A stretch of 59,451 bases of DNA, the filler included. It is 5 parts of 5 records of this genome, joined end to end, with 100 filler letters (N's around TTAATTAATTAA, not from the genome) between each part and the next. Parts side by side here need not be neighbours in the genome. Positions count along the whole stretch, not along the records: positions 40,263 to 49,218 come from DRR378314_1547; positions 49,319 to 59,451 come from DRR378314_1548; 3 more parts are not named here. One strand, given 5' to 3'. Below the pieces are notes generated by a model, which was given only the letters and a program-made list of their open reading frames with translations, had not been told where the DNA came from and did not search any database. Of the stretch, positions 44,714-56,700 are shown in pieces (positions within the stretch are counted from its first letter, which is position 1; each line of letters starts with the position of its first letter). Both the position numbers and the translations under genes were made by a program.

Positions 44714-45595
44714 ATGGCACGGCAATATCATCTTCATCTGGGCGCGCATCGCACGGGGAGCAGTTCTTTTCAGCTCTGCCTGCATGAAAACCAGGAATCG
44801 CTCTGGCAGCAGGGGTATCAGATCGCCTTTCCCGCGCGGGACGGGGTCAGGGCCGGGCAGTTGGCGCTGCGGTTGCCAGCCCCGCGACATGACCAAAATG
44901 CGGTTCAAGAGCGGGCAGACGCGGCGCGGCGCCACCTGAACGAAGAGGTCGCGAAAGATCCAAATCAGCAGGTCATCCTGTCGGAGGAAAACACTCTGGG
45001 CAGCATGGTGCATTTTCAGAAGGCCACTTTTCACCCGGCCTCCAAACAGCGCCTTTCTGCGTTGCGTCATGCCATGGAAGGCCCCGCAGTTTCGGTTCTG
45101 TTTGTCGTGCGGGACTATGGTGCGTTCTTCCGGTCCTGCATTCGCAAGCGGATGGAAGAAACCTATGAGAGTGATTTTGATGCGGCAGCGGCAGCTTATC
45201 TTGCCATGAATCGCGGTTGGGTTGAGGTATTGCAGGAAATTCGAGATATCCTACAGCCCTCTCGCTTGGTCGTGGTCCGTCACGAAGACCGGTTCAAGCG
45301 TCTCGAATTGCTGCAACATCTGGTGCCTCAACTGGATGTCGGTCCACTGTCAGAGCCGAGGCGGTCGCTCAACACATCTGCGACGGACCGGGCCTTGCTT
45401 GAACTGCAGACGATCCACCGCAAGGGTGAAAAGCTCACGCGGATGGCGCGCCGCAAGCTGATCAAGGACTGGGCGCACGATCGGGAGACGCTCGGTTTGA
45501 CGGAGTTCACTTCACGTGAAAAGAAAGCGTTTTCAATCCGTTATGAAAGGGACTTGGGGCGGATTTCACAAGAGCCGGGCATGGTTCTGATTTAG
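44714..45595 (+). CDS. Hypothetical protein with sulfotransferase-like P-loop
   Basis: HLHLGAHRTGSSSFQ (PAPS-loop-like) and ILSEEN motif. Confidence 0.65.
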   Translation: MARQYHLHLGAHRTGSSSFQLCLHENQESLWQQGYQIAFPARDGVRAGQLALRLPAPRHDQNAVQERADAARRHLNEEVAKDPNQQVILSEENTLGSMVHFQKATFHPASKQRLSALRHAMEGPAVSVLFVVRDYGAFFRSCIRKRMEETYESDFDAAAAAYLAMNRGWVEVLQEIRDILQPSRLVVVRHEDRFKRLELLQHLVPQLDVGPLSEPRRSLNTSATDRALLELQTIHRKGEKLTRMARRKLIKDWAHDRETLGLTEFTSREKKAFSIRYERDLGRISQEPGMVLI

Positions 45596-45622
45596 GCGGT
45601 CGGATCTGGGCGTAGGCCGCGT

Positions 45623-46450
45623 TCAAGACTTCCTTCCAGCCTTTTCCTCGGCCTTCACCTCGTTCCAGAGCGCATCCATCTCATCGAGGTCACTGTCCTC
45701 GGCGCGCTTTCCGCGAGCGGCAAGTCCTGCCTCCACGCCCTTGAAACGACGGGTGAATTTTGCATTGGTGCGACGCAAGGCGGCTTCGGGTTCAACCCCA
45801 AGGTGGCGGCCAAGATTGGCCATCACAAACAACAGATCACCAAACTCCTCTTCTACCTCGTCTTGGGTCAGCTCCTCGCGGGCCTCTACCAGTTCGGCGG
45901 ATTCCTCGGCGATCTTGGCCAGCACGTTCTGCGCCGAGGGCCAGTCAAAGCCCACCCGCGCGGCGCGTTTCTGCAATTTGTAGGCGCGCAGCAGGGCGGG
46001 CAGGCCCACCGCCACGCCGTCCAGCGCGCCGGTCTCCGCCTTGGCAGCGCGTTCGGCGGCCTTGATCGTCTCCCAGTCCTGGGTCTGCTGGTCGGCGGAT
46101 TTTTCGCGGCTCTCATCGCCGAACACATGCGGGTGGCGCGACACCATCTTGTTGGACATGGTGGTGACCACATCCTGAAAATTGAAATATCCCGCCTCAT
46201 CCGCCATCTGGGCATGGAACACGGATTGGAACAGCAGGTCGCCCAGCTCGCCTTTCAGCTCGTCCCATTTTTTGCGCTCGATGGCATCGGCAACCTCATA
46301 GGCTTCTTCGATGGTATAGGGCGCGATACTGGCAAAGCTCTGCTCGATATCCCACGGACAGCCGCTTTCCGGGTCACGCAGCCGGCGCATGATCTCCAGC
46401 AAGCGTTCGATGCCTGCGGTCTCATCGTGGATCAGCCTGTCGTCGCTCAT
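45623..46450 (-). CDS. mazG: Nucleoside triphosphate pyrophosphohydrolase MazG
   Basis: True start MSDDRLIHD at 46450. Carries GCPWDIEQ, IEEAYEVADAI, GELGDLLFQ, RHPHVFG and EEEFGDLLF. Confidence 0.95.
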   Translation of the reverse strand: MSDDRLIHDETAGIERLLEIMRRLRDPESGCPWDIEQSFASIAPYTIEEAYEVADAIERKKWDELKGELGDLLFQSVFHAQMADEAGYFNFQDVVTTMSNKMVSRHPHVFGDESREKSADQQTQDWETIKAAERAAKAETGALDGVAVGLPALLRAYKLQKRAARVGFDWPSAQNVLAKIAEESAELVEAREELTQDEVEEEFGDLLFVMANLGRHLGVEPEAALRRTNAKFTRRFKGVEAGLAARGKRAEDSDLDEMDALWNEVKAEEKAGRKS

Positions 46451-46513
46451 TGCACCTGCCCGGGATTTCGTGTTCTGCTGCATCATCCCGACTATTTTAC
46501 AGGAGTCCACCCC

Positions 46514-47677
46514 ATGCCGGTCGTGAACCGCATCGCCGACTACAGCGAAGAGATGAAGACCTGGCGCCGTCATCTTCACCAGATCCCCGAGCTGGGGTTG
46601 GATACAGTGAAGACCGCCGCATATGTGGCTGAGATGCTTGAGACATTTGGTGTCGACGAGATCCATTCCGGCATCGCCCGGAACGGCATTGTCGCGATCA
46701 TCAACGGGCAGGGCGAGGGGTCGACCATCGGCTTGCGCGCCGATATGGACGCACTGCCGATCACCGAAGTGCGCGATCTGGAGTATAAGTCCACCGTGCC
46801 TGGCAAGATGCATGCCTGCGGTCATGATGGTCATACCACCATGCTGCTGGGGGCCGCGAAATACCTCGCGGAGACGCGCAATTTCAAGGGGTGCGTGGCG
46901 CTCATGTTCCAGCCTGCCGAAGAGATCATTGGTGGCGCGCAGATCATGGTCGAGGAAGGCGTGATGGAACGCTTTGACATCGCTGAGGTCTATGCGTTGC
47001 ACAATTCGCCGGGCCTGCCGGTGGGGCATTTCCTGACCACGCCGGGGGCGCTGATGGCGGCGGTGGATACTTTCACCATCAACATCAAGGGGCGCGGCGG
47101 TCATGGTGCGATGCCGCATGAGACCCGCGATCCGGTGATGGCGGCCTGTGGCATGGCGCAGGCGATCCAGACCATCGTCAGCCGCAACCACCACGCGACC
47201 GAGGATCTGGTGATCTCGGTCACCCAGATCCACACCGGCACCGTCGACAATGTAATCCCGGAAACCGCCTATGTGAACGGCACCATCCGCACCTTCAACC
47301 CGGAGGTTCAGAAGATGGTGATGGCGCGGTTCGACGAGATCGTGAAGGGCTGCGCCGTGGCTTATGGCGTCGAGGCGGAGCTGGACTATGAGGTTGGTTA
47401 TCCCGCGACCATCAACGATGCCCGGAAGGCCGGGTTTGCCACCGAAGTGGCGCGCGAGATTGCCGGTGCGGCCAATGTGGAGGGCGAGGCGGACCGGGAA
47501 ATGGGGGCGGAGGATTTCTCCTACATGCTGCAGGCGCGCCCCGGCGCCTATCTGTTCATCGGTCAGGGCGACACCGCCGGGCTGCATCATCCAGAGTATG
47601 ACTTCAACGACGAGGTGGCCCCGATCGGGGCGTCTTTCTTTGCCCGTCTGGTGGAGAAAGCACAGCCGCTGGCGTGA
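46514..47677 (+). CDS. M20D amidohydrolase (hippurate hydrolase-like)
   Basis: AGGAG RBS, start MPVVNRIAD at 46514. Carries LRADMDALP, MHACGHDGHT, FQPAEE and MGAEDFS. Confidence 0.93.
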   Translation: MPVVNRIADYSEEMKTWRRHLHQIPELGLDTVKTAAYVAEMLETFGVDEIHSGIARNGIVAIINGQGEGSTIGLRADMDALPITEVRDLEYKSTVPGKMHACGHDGHTTMLLGAAKYLAETRNFKGCVALMFQPAEEIIGGAQIMVEEGVMERFDIAEVYALHNSPGLPVGHFLTTPGALMAAVDTFTINIKGRGGHGAMPHETRDPVMAACGMAQAIQTIVSRNHHATEDLVISVTQIHTGTVDNVIPETAYVNGTIRTFNPEVQKMVMARFDEIVKGCAVAYGVEAELDYEVGYPATINDARKAGFATEVAREIAGAANVEGEADREMGAEDFSYMLQARPGAYLFIGQGDTAGLHHPEYDFNDEVAPIGASFFARLVEKAQPLA

Positions 47678-47767
47678 AGTGGCGGCGCGGCGCGGGCTTT
47701 CGGATGACAAGCCCGCCCGCATTCGCTAGGACGAGGGCCATAACCCGAGAAGAGGGAGCAGTCCGAG

Positions 47768-48733
47768 ATGGCGTTGGAAGACGCGAAGACACAGGTCGAT
47801 CAGGCCTTCACCCGCGAGGATCTGAAGGGCCTGAGCTTTGAGAACACCTTTGGCGGGGCGACGTCCTTTTTGCGACGCCGCTACACCAAGGATCTGAGCC
47901 ACGCGGATATCGCCGTTACCGGCATCCCCTTCGATCAGGCGGTGACCAACCGGCCCGGCACCCGGCTGGGCCCGCGCGCGGTGCGCGAGGCCTCGGCGCT
48001 ACAAAGCCCGGATGCGCCTTATGGCTGGGACATCTGCCCGGCCAGCGAGCTGGCGATCGTTGACTATGGCGATCTGGCCTTTGACTATGCCGATGTGCCG
48101 GCGTTCCCCGACAGGCTGACCGATCATATCCGGGGCATTCTGGCGACCGACACGGCTTCGGTGGCGATTGGTGGCGACCACTACGTCAGCTTTCCGATCC
48201 TCAAGGCCTATGCCGAGAAATACGGGCCGATCTCGCTGTTGCATTTCGATGCCCACAGCGACACCTGGGCCGATGATGATTTCAGCCGCGTCGATCATGG
48301 CACCATGTTCTACAAGGCGGTGAAATCCGGCATCATTGATCCGGCGACCTCGGTGCAGGTGGGCATTCGCACCACCAATGAGGACAATCTCGGCGTGCCG
48401 ACCATCGACGCGCCCACCGTGCATGAGATCGGCCCGGTCGAGACCGTGCGTCGTATCCGCGAGGTGTTGGGCGACAGACCGGTCTATCTGACCTTTGACA
48501 TCGACTGCCTTGATCCGGCCTATGCGCCGGGCACCGGCACGCCGGTCTGGGGCGGTCTGACCACGGCGCAGGCGGAGGCGATCCTGAAGGGCCTGCGCGG
48601 CATCAACATTGTGGGCGGCGATATCGTCGAGGTTTCTCCGCCGTTTGACACCACCGGCGCCACCGCGATCGCGGGCGCCCATGTGGCCATGAGTATTATC
48701 TGCCTTCTGGGCTGGAGGATGACAGAGCGATGA
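47768..48733 (+). CDS. speB: Agmatinase / ureohydrolase
   Basis: GGDH, DAHSD, DHGT, TFDIDCLDPAYAPGTGTP and DIVEVSPP. Confidence 0.85.
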   Translation: MALEDAKTQVDQAFTREDLKGLSFENTFGGATSFLRRRYTKDLSHADIAVTGIPFDQAVTNRPGTRLGPRAVREASALQSPDAPYGWDICPASELAIVDYGDLAFDYADVPAFPDRLTDHIRGILATDTASVAIGGDHYVSFPILKAYAEKYGPISLLHFDAHSDTWADDDFSRVDHGTMFYKAVKSGIIDPATSVQVGIRTTNEDNLGVPTIDAPTVHEIGPVETVRRIREVLGDRPVYLTFDIDCLDPAYAPGTGTPVWGGLTTAQAEAILKGLRGINIVGGDIVEVSPPFDTTGATAIAGAHVAMSIICLLGWRMTER

Positions 48734-49218
48734 GCGAGTTCAATCAACCCATCAGCGGCAACGATCTGGCGCGGTTTTCCGGTCCGGGCACCTATATGCG
48801 GCTGCCGCAGGCGACCTCTCTGGACGGTCTTGACGTGGCGGTGCTGGGGGTTCCGATGGACATCGGCACCTCCTGGCGGTCGGGCACCCGGTTTGGTCCC
48901 AAGCAGATCCGCGCCGAGAGCGCGATGATCCGCCCCTACAACATGACCACGGGTGCTGCGCCGTTCGATCACCTCAATATCGCCGATATCGGCGATCTGG
49001 CGATCAACACCTTCAACCTGCCGGAAAGCCTGCGCATCATCGAGGACAGCTATGATGCCATCCTCAGCGCCGGGGTGATGCCGGTGGCGATGGGCGGCGA
49101 TCACTCGATCACTCTGCCGATCCTGCGCGCGATCGCCCGCAAGCACGGGCCGGTTTCGGTGATCCATGTGGATGCGCATGCGGACGTCAATGATGAGATG
49201 TTCGGCGAGAAGGAAACC
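48730..49218 (+). CDS. Second ureohydrolase (agmatinase/guanidinobutyrase-like), truncated by contig end
   Basis: ATGA overlap with the previous gene. GTRFGPKQIRAES, GGDHSITLP and HVDAHAD. Confidence 0.85.
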
Positions 49219-49318
49219 NNNNNNNNNNNNNNNNNNNNNNNNNNNNNNNNNNNNNNNNNNNNTTAATTAATTAANNNNNNNNNNNNNNNNNNNNNNNNNN
49301 NNNNNNNNNNNNNNNNNN
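49219..49318. other. Artificial contig spacer
   Basis: N-run, TTAATTAATTAA, N-run. Confidence 0.97.
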
Positions 49319-49692
49319 GGAACGTAGGAAGGAAAGGCAAATCATTGGTGACCCCTGTGTGCTGAGCGGGAACTGCGGCTATTGGGCGCGCCATGGTGCG
49401 CTGCGTCGCGGCAGGAGGCGTGACTGTTGTCCATTTGCAATACTTGCGGCGCCGAGATGCTTGTATCCGTCTCTTCTCCTTCTTTTTCTACAGGTCAACT
49501 TCTGTACAAAACCAATGCTGTGACAGATGAAAAAATCATGCGCATTGAAACGTGTGCGTGCAGGCACGGACGTCGGTGACGCGGTCAGGGGCGAAGGAGG
49601 GAGGAGCGGCTTACCGAAGTGTCGCGACGCACATGCCGCTCTCAAGCGACCACAGTTTTGCTGTGCGGTCAATCGAGCCCGAAAGCACATAC

Positions 49693-52600
49693 TCGCATAT
49701 ATGGTCGAAGTGAACAGCCGAAATTTCTCCGCGGTGTCCGCTCAGAACAAACATACAGCTTTACAAGAGCGCGTGGACACAGCATTGCAGCTGCTAGTGA
49801 GCGAAAGAAACAGCGGTTTGGCCACCCCGAAGATGGCGCGGCGGCCACCTTGCCCTCGTTCGTCCCAGAATGATTGCGGTAGTGCAGACTAAGGCCGCCC
49901 GGGACATATGGACAGCGCGAACTTGAACCCAGCAGGCCCTTTGTGTTAATATCAAAGAGCAATATCGATTGATGATTATGAAGCGAACAATGCTTACGCA
50001 ATTGATTCCCCGCCGGATTCAAGATTGCATGTTTCCTCCTGCGCTACTACAGAGCATGGCATTATGTAGCATTCACGCGGTCGCGCTCTTTTCATGCCAA
50101 CGAAAAGGCTACGATGTTTCGAGCTTTCGCATTGCGATCCACACCTTCCTGTCTTTGCATCCCACACACGGCACGTGTGATCAAATGATCCAGTCACAAG
50201 CATGGAGCCGGTCGAATCAAACGCCACGCTGACAATTTCTGCAGAATGGCCCTGCGGATAGAAATGACCGGTAGAACGCGCGGATGGGATCGCCCGGGCG
50301 GACAAGGTCTTTCAACATTTGATCATCATTCCGGGATACTTGTCGAGTCGCCATTCCTCCTCGTGGAATGCTACTTGGAAGGAATACAAGACGGTGTAGA
50401 TGATCATCCTGATCACCAGTACCGCTGACTGCAATGTGTGGTTGCGATGAGTCCACGGCACGCGGGTTTGGTCGTGGATCGGGATGCATAATGGCAGAGG
50501 AATGCATACCTGGAGAACACAGATTTCCTCGCCTGTCTCGCTATCCCATAGTCGCGCGGTCCCGTCCATACTCCCTGTTGCTAAGGAAGCAGTCGACGGG
50601 TCATACGCTAGACACACTGAAAATACGAAACGTGATTGAAGGAATGAAATTATTACTTGCATTTGGTGTAGCATACGAGAGAGTCATAAACACGAGAAAG
50701 AACCTTGCCACTCGGAGGAGCGTGTCGTTTTGTGGTGGAAAGACGTTGCTCAGTGAAGCTTCTTGTGCCCCTGCGTGAGGGGGAATGTTTTGTTTACCAT
50801 TTGTTCGAGCTTCTTCGCTGCGAATATTTCTCCCTCGGCGTTCCGATCTTGTTCCTCACATGCAAATCATGCATGTACTTTTTCTATTCAGCGCGTTTCT
50901 TTGTTTTCTTTTGCGTGTGAACGCTGTGTGCTTCGATGCGAGAATGCCCGAAAGCTGTGTGAAGTCCGCGGTAAGGCGAGCGAAGCACTGTAGGAGCGCG
51001 TACCTATTTCGGCTGTGTGTCCAATGAGTGTATGCAGCAAGCTCCCTGTTTCAGCATCCCATATCTTGCACGTTTTGTCAAATGATCCCGTGATGACCTT
51101 ATCACTGCGTTGGATGTGTGTACATATTGGAATAATGATAAGCATGAGCTCTTGCTGTGACTAATGTGGTGGCCGCGGCTGCGGGATACGCACGGTGCGC
51201 TGCGGCTACTGGTTTCTGTTCGAATCTGCGCCGCTCCCCCCTTTCATCTGCACGTGCCAAATGCCAAGCATGCAAACCAGAATCTCCTTTTTTTTCACAC
51301 AAAGGTTAGCATTTCATCATACCCGTATGGATTGTTAAACTCGATTGTGTAGACCACGTTCTTGTGTCCTTCAAATGAAAGCAGCTCTTCGCCTGTGTTC
51401 GTTGACCACATCTTGCAAGTGCGGTCGTACGATCCGGTTATGAAGCTAGCGGGGTCCGGAGCCAGATGAGAACAAAGTGCTATGTAAGTACAAACAGAGC
51501 AGATTTTACGCCTCGATTCAGAAAACCATGTAACACATACAACGCGCATGCCTCCGTTACGCGACAAGCGTCAGGTTTGTGGCTGAAGATCTCAGTGGCC
51601 GACGTACCGCTCCCCGTGCTTGTCAAATGCGCAGTTTGTCAGCGGCAATATATGGCTTTTTAGGATCTTGTACAAATGAAAATTTGATACAGCCTCTGAT
51701 TCTTGCATATCTATCAATTCTGTACGAACGAAATAAGTCAAGAAGTACACAGTGTTGGTGAGAAACAATCGTTCACACCGTAGTCGAGCAAACTGCTTGT
51801 GTGTAAACTATTACGCGAATCGGAGCAGCAAACCCAGAGCTGAGCGCCCGAGACGGCAGCGCTCCGTCTGCGAATTTAGAGACGACGAAGACTGAGAGCA
51901 TCCCGTCGAACTCTCCGTTTAAAAAAGGGTCACTGGGAGATTTGCTTCCACTAGTCGTTTCGTATGCGTACTTTCAACCAGACTTCGCAGCTGTGGACGT
52001 CGACGGTCAGACAGCAGCGGCTCCTCCTGAATGATCTGATCGAGCAGTCCCTCGATGTCCATACTGCGAAGCATTGAAACGTCCACGACACAGCGATGCG
52101 GCTCTTATCATTTCAGCACATACACACAATATACCAGCTCACAATAACAATTTTTCAGATGGAAACATTAATGACAATAGAGACCGCCTGCCAGAACCGC
52201 GGGTGGAACACCGCAGCACAAGTAGGCGGCAGCATATATGAATGGTCCGAACAGCGGCGCCTGCGTGGCGCCGGCTGCTGTACTGTCCTGGCTGCTCGAG
52301 TTTGTCTTTCTGGTTTCGTGAATTTCACGTGTGCAACAACCATGAGATCAATTTCCTTTGTACGCTTTTTTCGGTTTGAGAATCAGACACTTGGAAGCCA
52401 GGGATAATCGCTCGCTGCCCGATTGCCGTAGAGGTGTGCGGGGCAAGTCGATGTGCCAGTCGCACCTACGGCTCAGGGAGAGCAAGTCAATCTGTTTCTG
52501 GCGCAGCTCTCCCTTGGACGTTTGACACTCCAGAATAATCCCTTCGTACACAAAGAAAAAAACATGGGAATAGCGAGGAGTTTTGTCAGTACAAAAGCAA

Positions 52601-52995
52601 TTCTCAATATTTACCGAGACGCGGGGACTAGCTGGATCCCACAGGAAAGCGAACCCAGGAGCGCATGGCCTGCATATTTGCAACACACGCGGGAACGCCT
52701 CGTGAGAGTAGCGACGCCGTTGACGACTTTCGCGCAAACGTCTGCGTACTGTCAACATTTCCCTTTTGTAAAAATATGACAAATATGTATGTGCTTGCAT
52801 GGAATTTATCGTGTTTTCTCTTGCAGTATCTAAAAGTACACCGGTGTTTTCACCTCGAGCCAATGATGGAAACAACCGGTGCCGCTTCGTGCACAAGATT
52901 GCTGCGCCAACGAAAGGAACGCTCAGTGCGATCTCTGCGCCACGTTGAATCTCACCGGGAGGGAAGTATCGGAGCAAAAAGCGTTTCAGCTTCAT
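49693..52995 (-). CDS. DAW1: Dynein assembly factor with WD repeats 1 (ODA16/WDR69), 9 exons seen, 3' end missing
   Basis: Spliced [34 protein letters not shown]|...IIQEEPLL...|[25 protein letters not shown]...[31 protein letters not shown]..., colinear with the DAW1 signature sequence. Confidence 0.93.
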
Positions 52996-53761
52996 TTTTT
53001 TCTATCTCGATCAATCGATTCTGAACGGTTTTCTTGCAATGGTATGTCAGGGGACAAGAGTCTACTATGTTGGAGTGACGTGGAGCACGGGGCGCCGAGT
53101 GGGAGGAAGTGCCGGCGAAGCGGCTCGCGGTCGGGGAGCAAGAGGACGGCCGCACGAGAGCGGGAAAACAGTGTCTCCGGTTTGCGCGCGAAGGCAGGCT
53201 CGACCTATCCGCCCGTTGACCGTTCCTTCGTCGATCCTCACGTGCCACCGCAAGCGCGTGCATGAAAATGGGTGCATTTTAAGCCCCACACACTTCAAAG
53301 AAACGCAAGTCGTGCGCAGATTCTGTTGCTCCGTCGTGCCCATCGTCGTGAGAGGGATACGCGATAAATGGGGAAGTGCGCGGAAGCGGAACTGCTCCCT
53401 CGCCCTGACGCACGTTGCGCTTTCAGCTGTCTTCCCTTGCCGCTGCGCATGCAAACGAGCGGTGGACAGAGGGGGATCCCACGCTGCGATCCCTTGTCCA
53501 CGCGTGCGGAGACGAAGCCGCGGGGGGGAAAGCCAGCGCCCAGGCGCGCACGCGTGACCCATTGTTCACGTCCCATAAAGTGCCGCAACGCGCGTGAAAT
53601 CTTCCTGTTGCCACGTTCCTCATCTTCGCGCGAGGTGTTCGATCCACAGAGCAAGAACCCGTCATTTGTGTCGTTTGGTACTGGTAGTAATTAGCGCTGC
53701 GCGCGTGGTGGTCTCACGTGGAGGTGAAGCTTGGTCTGCAGTGTATGTCCCTGCGCGTCGA

Positions 53762-56700
53762 ATGGGTGATGCAATGCATGTTGCGCACGGCAATGGCGAC
53801 AAATTCACCGACACAGAAAGCAGCACAGCAGAGGCGCTGCGAGTTTTTAACGAGGTATGGGTGTTGTCGTATGATTTACTACATTTATCTACAACGTATG
53901 TTTTTCGGGGATGGAAGGGAAAATAGTGTGCATGGATAGTAAGAAAAGCGGCGCGAAGCGCAGCCATGCGAGATCCTGCGCGAACTGCATAGTATGGCGG
54001 TGTAAAACATTGTGCAATGTGCGGTGTATGGGTTACGAGCGCGCTCGTCTGCGATCGGACGAAAAGTTATGCTTCCATCAATATTAAGATATACACGTAG
54101 CTTGTTTATCTTGTGCCTGGTAAATCACCGTACGGGTTTTGGTCCTACGCTTGGGCGAGGAAGCGGCGAGACTCAGTTTTTAAGGTGCAATGCTGCAGCG
54201 AGTTGCCGCGCAGGTCAGCGGCCTTGCAACGCTTCCACACCTGATCGTTGCCGGCCGTGTCGGAAATGGGATGTGTGGAGTTGCAGCAGTAACAATAAGT
54301 GAGATGCTGGACTGCTCAATTGTACGTGCGTCACCTTGCAGCTGCGGGAGGAAAATGAGCAATATGCACGAAACTTTGCTCTCCTGCAGCACAAGGCGCA
54401 GATGTTGCAAGAGGCGCTGTTCGCCAGTGAAGAGGCACTGAAGGACGTGCTGGAAGCCAAGGCTGAAGTAGAGGTATGGCAGCCAACCGTAGTCCCCAGA
54501 AATAGTGAGGTTTGTGTTCCCTTCTCGCGATATATGTAAGATGTACACACTGTTTGCAGCCACTTGTAGCTCATGACCAGTGTCTGGGGCGTTTGGGGAA
54601 AAGTTTGGGACCCCACGCTCCTCGCTGCTCATCAGGGTCCGTTCGCACTTCCGTAGTCTGATGTATGCTGCGTTCCGTCGGATTACTTTTATTTGCTCCA
54701 ACGCCTGCAGAGTACTGCTGACGAGACATTTCGACGATTGCGAGAGCAGTTGGAGGCTAAACGTGAAGAATTCGATTCCGTTCGGGCCCTGGTGGTAGAG
54801 CCAGGAGAAATCGAGAAACTCCGTCTGCAAGTACGGGCGCAACGAAACAGCACCTGTGGTGTTGCACGTGAACCATCTCCACCAACGTCGAGGCCAGCAA
54901 GCTCACCCGCGCTCTGCACTCATTCCATCATTCGTCAAAGAGGTCAAAAAAGATGGATATATTACCATACTCGATCAAAAGTGCCGCAAGGGGCACGAAT
55001 TTTTTTTGTTGCTCAGGATCATGAATACGTTGTTGTGCGAACCTCACACCCTTCATTTTTGCATACCTGAGCTCGGATGCTGTGCGCTCTTTCGTTGCAG
55101 CTAATTGACGAGCTTGAACTCCCAAACCAGCAAAGAATATCGGTACGCAAGAGAACATGACGTACATTCTGAGAACACTTTGCTGGATTACGTTATGTTG
55201 CATTGCAAATCGTACTGTGAGGTTGTGCTGTAGTGATGCGTGGGACTTCATTGTGGAGGTCTGGCCGGCTTGTTGGGTTCCGTGGCGTTTATTGTCGGGG
55301 CGATCGTGTAAGAGCGAGAGCGTATGTGATGAGCGTGGAATACGCCTCACCGTGATCCTTAGCGCCCGCCTGTACCTTGTGGCACAGGCTCTGGAAGAAG
55401 AGCTTCAGAGTATGAGAAAAGCGCACAACGAACGCGTCAAGGAGCTGGAGAACGAGGCCAGCAAGGAGCGCAGCAAGCACGAAAGGACGCGTCTTGAGCA
55501 ACTGCGTGCAATCCAGGTGAGCTATAGTGAGCGATCCTCGTACGGGTGCCTTGTATTTGAATCTTCAAGCTCTTTAGGAGAAACACAGCAAGAAAAATCG
55601 CTTTGTTATTATATGCTGCTCAATATGAGAAGTAGAATGCAGTGCGTACGAAGTTACGGTGCCTGGATCGGGAGGTATGAGCGGCATCTCCTCGCACTTC
55701 CGTGCGAGCATCCAAGTACGCTACGGCTGTCTTCTGAGAGAGAGAGAGGAAAAATCTTGTTCGACCGGTCATTGGCTGGCATTTGCGCTACAGATTCTTC
55801 AAGATCGTGCAAACGTGGCAGAAGAAAAATTATCGAAACTTCATGTCGAGTCACTCGAGGCAATCGAGAGCACGAATATCGTAGCATTGGAAAGCGACCT
55901 CCGCAGAGCGGAAGCGCGGGTACGGAGAAACGGTTGTCCACGATTCGACATTCTGCGTTGCAAACAGCTCATTCGTTACGCATCACGTTCTCCTGGACAG
56001 CCACCGCCGTTCGAAGCCTTTCATTGCTTGCGTTTCTTTCTATCTCTCTCATTAGGGTTGCGTACATTGCTAAAGTATTGCCGCTTGGATGAGCGCCTAC
56101 TCGTTGCTTCACGGGATACTGAGCTAACCCCCTCGACGCCTTTGGTGCAGGCGGATGCGGCTGAGCGCTCCGCTGCCGAGGCAGATCGACGAGCAGCGCT
56201 ACTCCAGCAAGAGCTGCATGCTATTCGTGAAAAGCAAGAAAGTGAACAGGAGCTGACTTTGTTAAAAATCAGCGAGCTTGAAAACGAGGTACGCTTCTAC
56301 GCGATGGGGATGCCGACGAGATACGGCTCCTGAACCTGTGACTGCACCGGAGCGCATACTTCATCCCCTTGTCGCGTATGGAGATCGGTTTTCCTTCGAG
56401 CTCTGCTCTATCTCTTCTGCTCCCGATAGTGCACCCCCACGTATTCTTGTCGCGGTGTTTCGGTAGTTGTTCTGTTAATGACGGTGTGATCGGGCTGCTT
56501 CCTTTTTCATATGTCTGGTGGCGAACACAAAGGTATCCAGTATGCGAACGGCTCGTGAACGCATGGAACGTGAGATGGTCCTTGCGCAGGATGAACTCGG
56601 AAAGCTACGCGAGCACGTGGAAAATGAAGCAGAGAAAGCAGCAGAATCCGAAGAAAAGGCTCATGTGCTTGAAATGGTACGCATAGTAATTTTGTACGTA

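Noticed and set aside
45623-47722. 699-aa MazG fusion ORF and the 624-aa extended amidohydrolase ORF
   Set aside because: Each N-terminal extension is the antisense shadow of the divergent neighbour. The real starts are 46450 (mazG) and 46514 (amidohydrolase, with an AGGAG RBS).
53605-53622. GTTGCCACG half-site as an RFX X-box between DAW1 and the CEP83-like gene
   Set aside because: The second half-site (RGYAAC) is absent.
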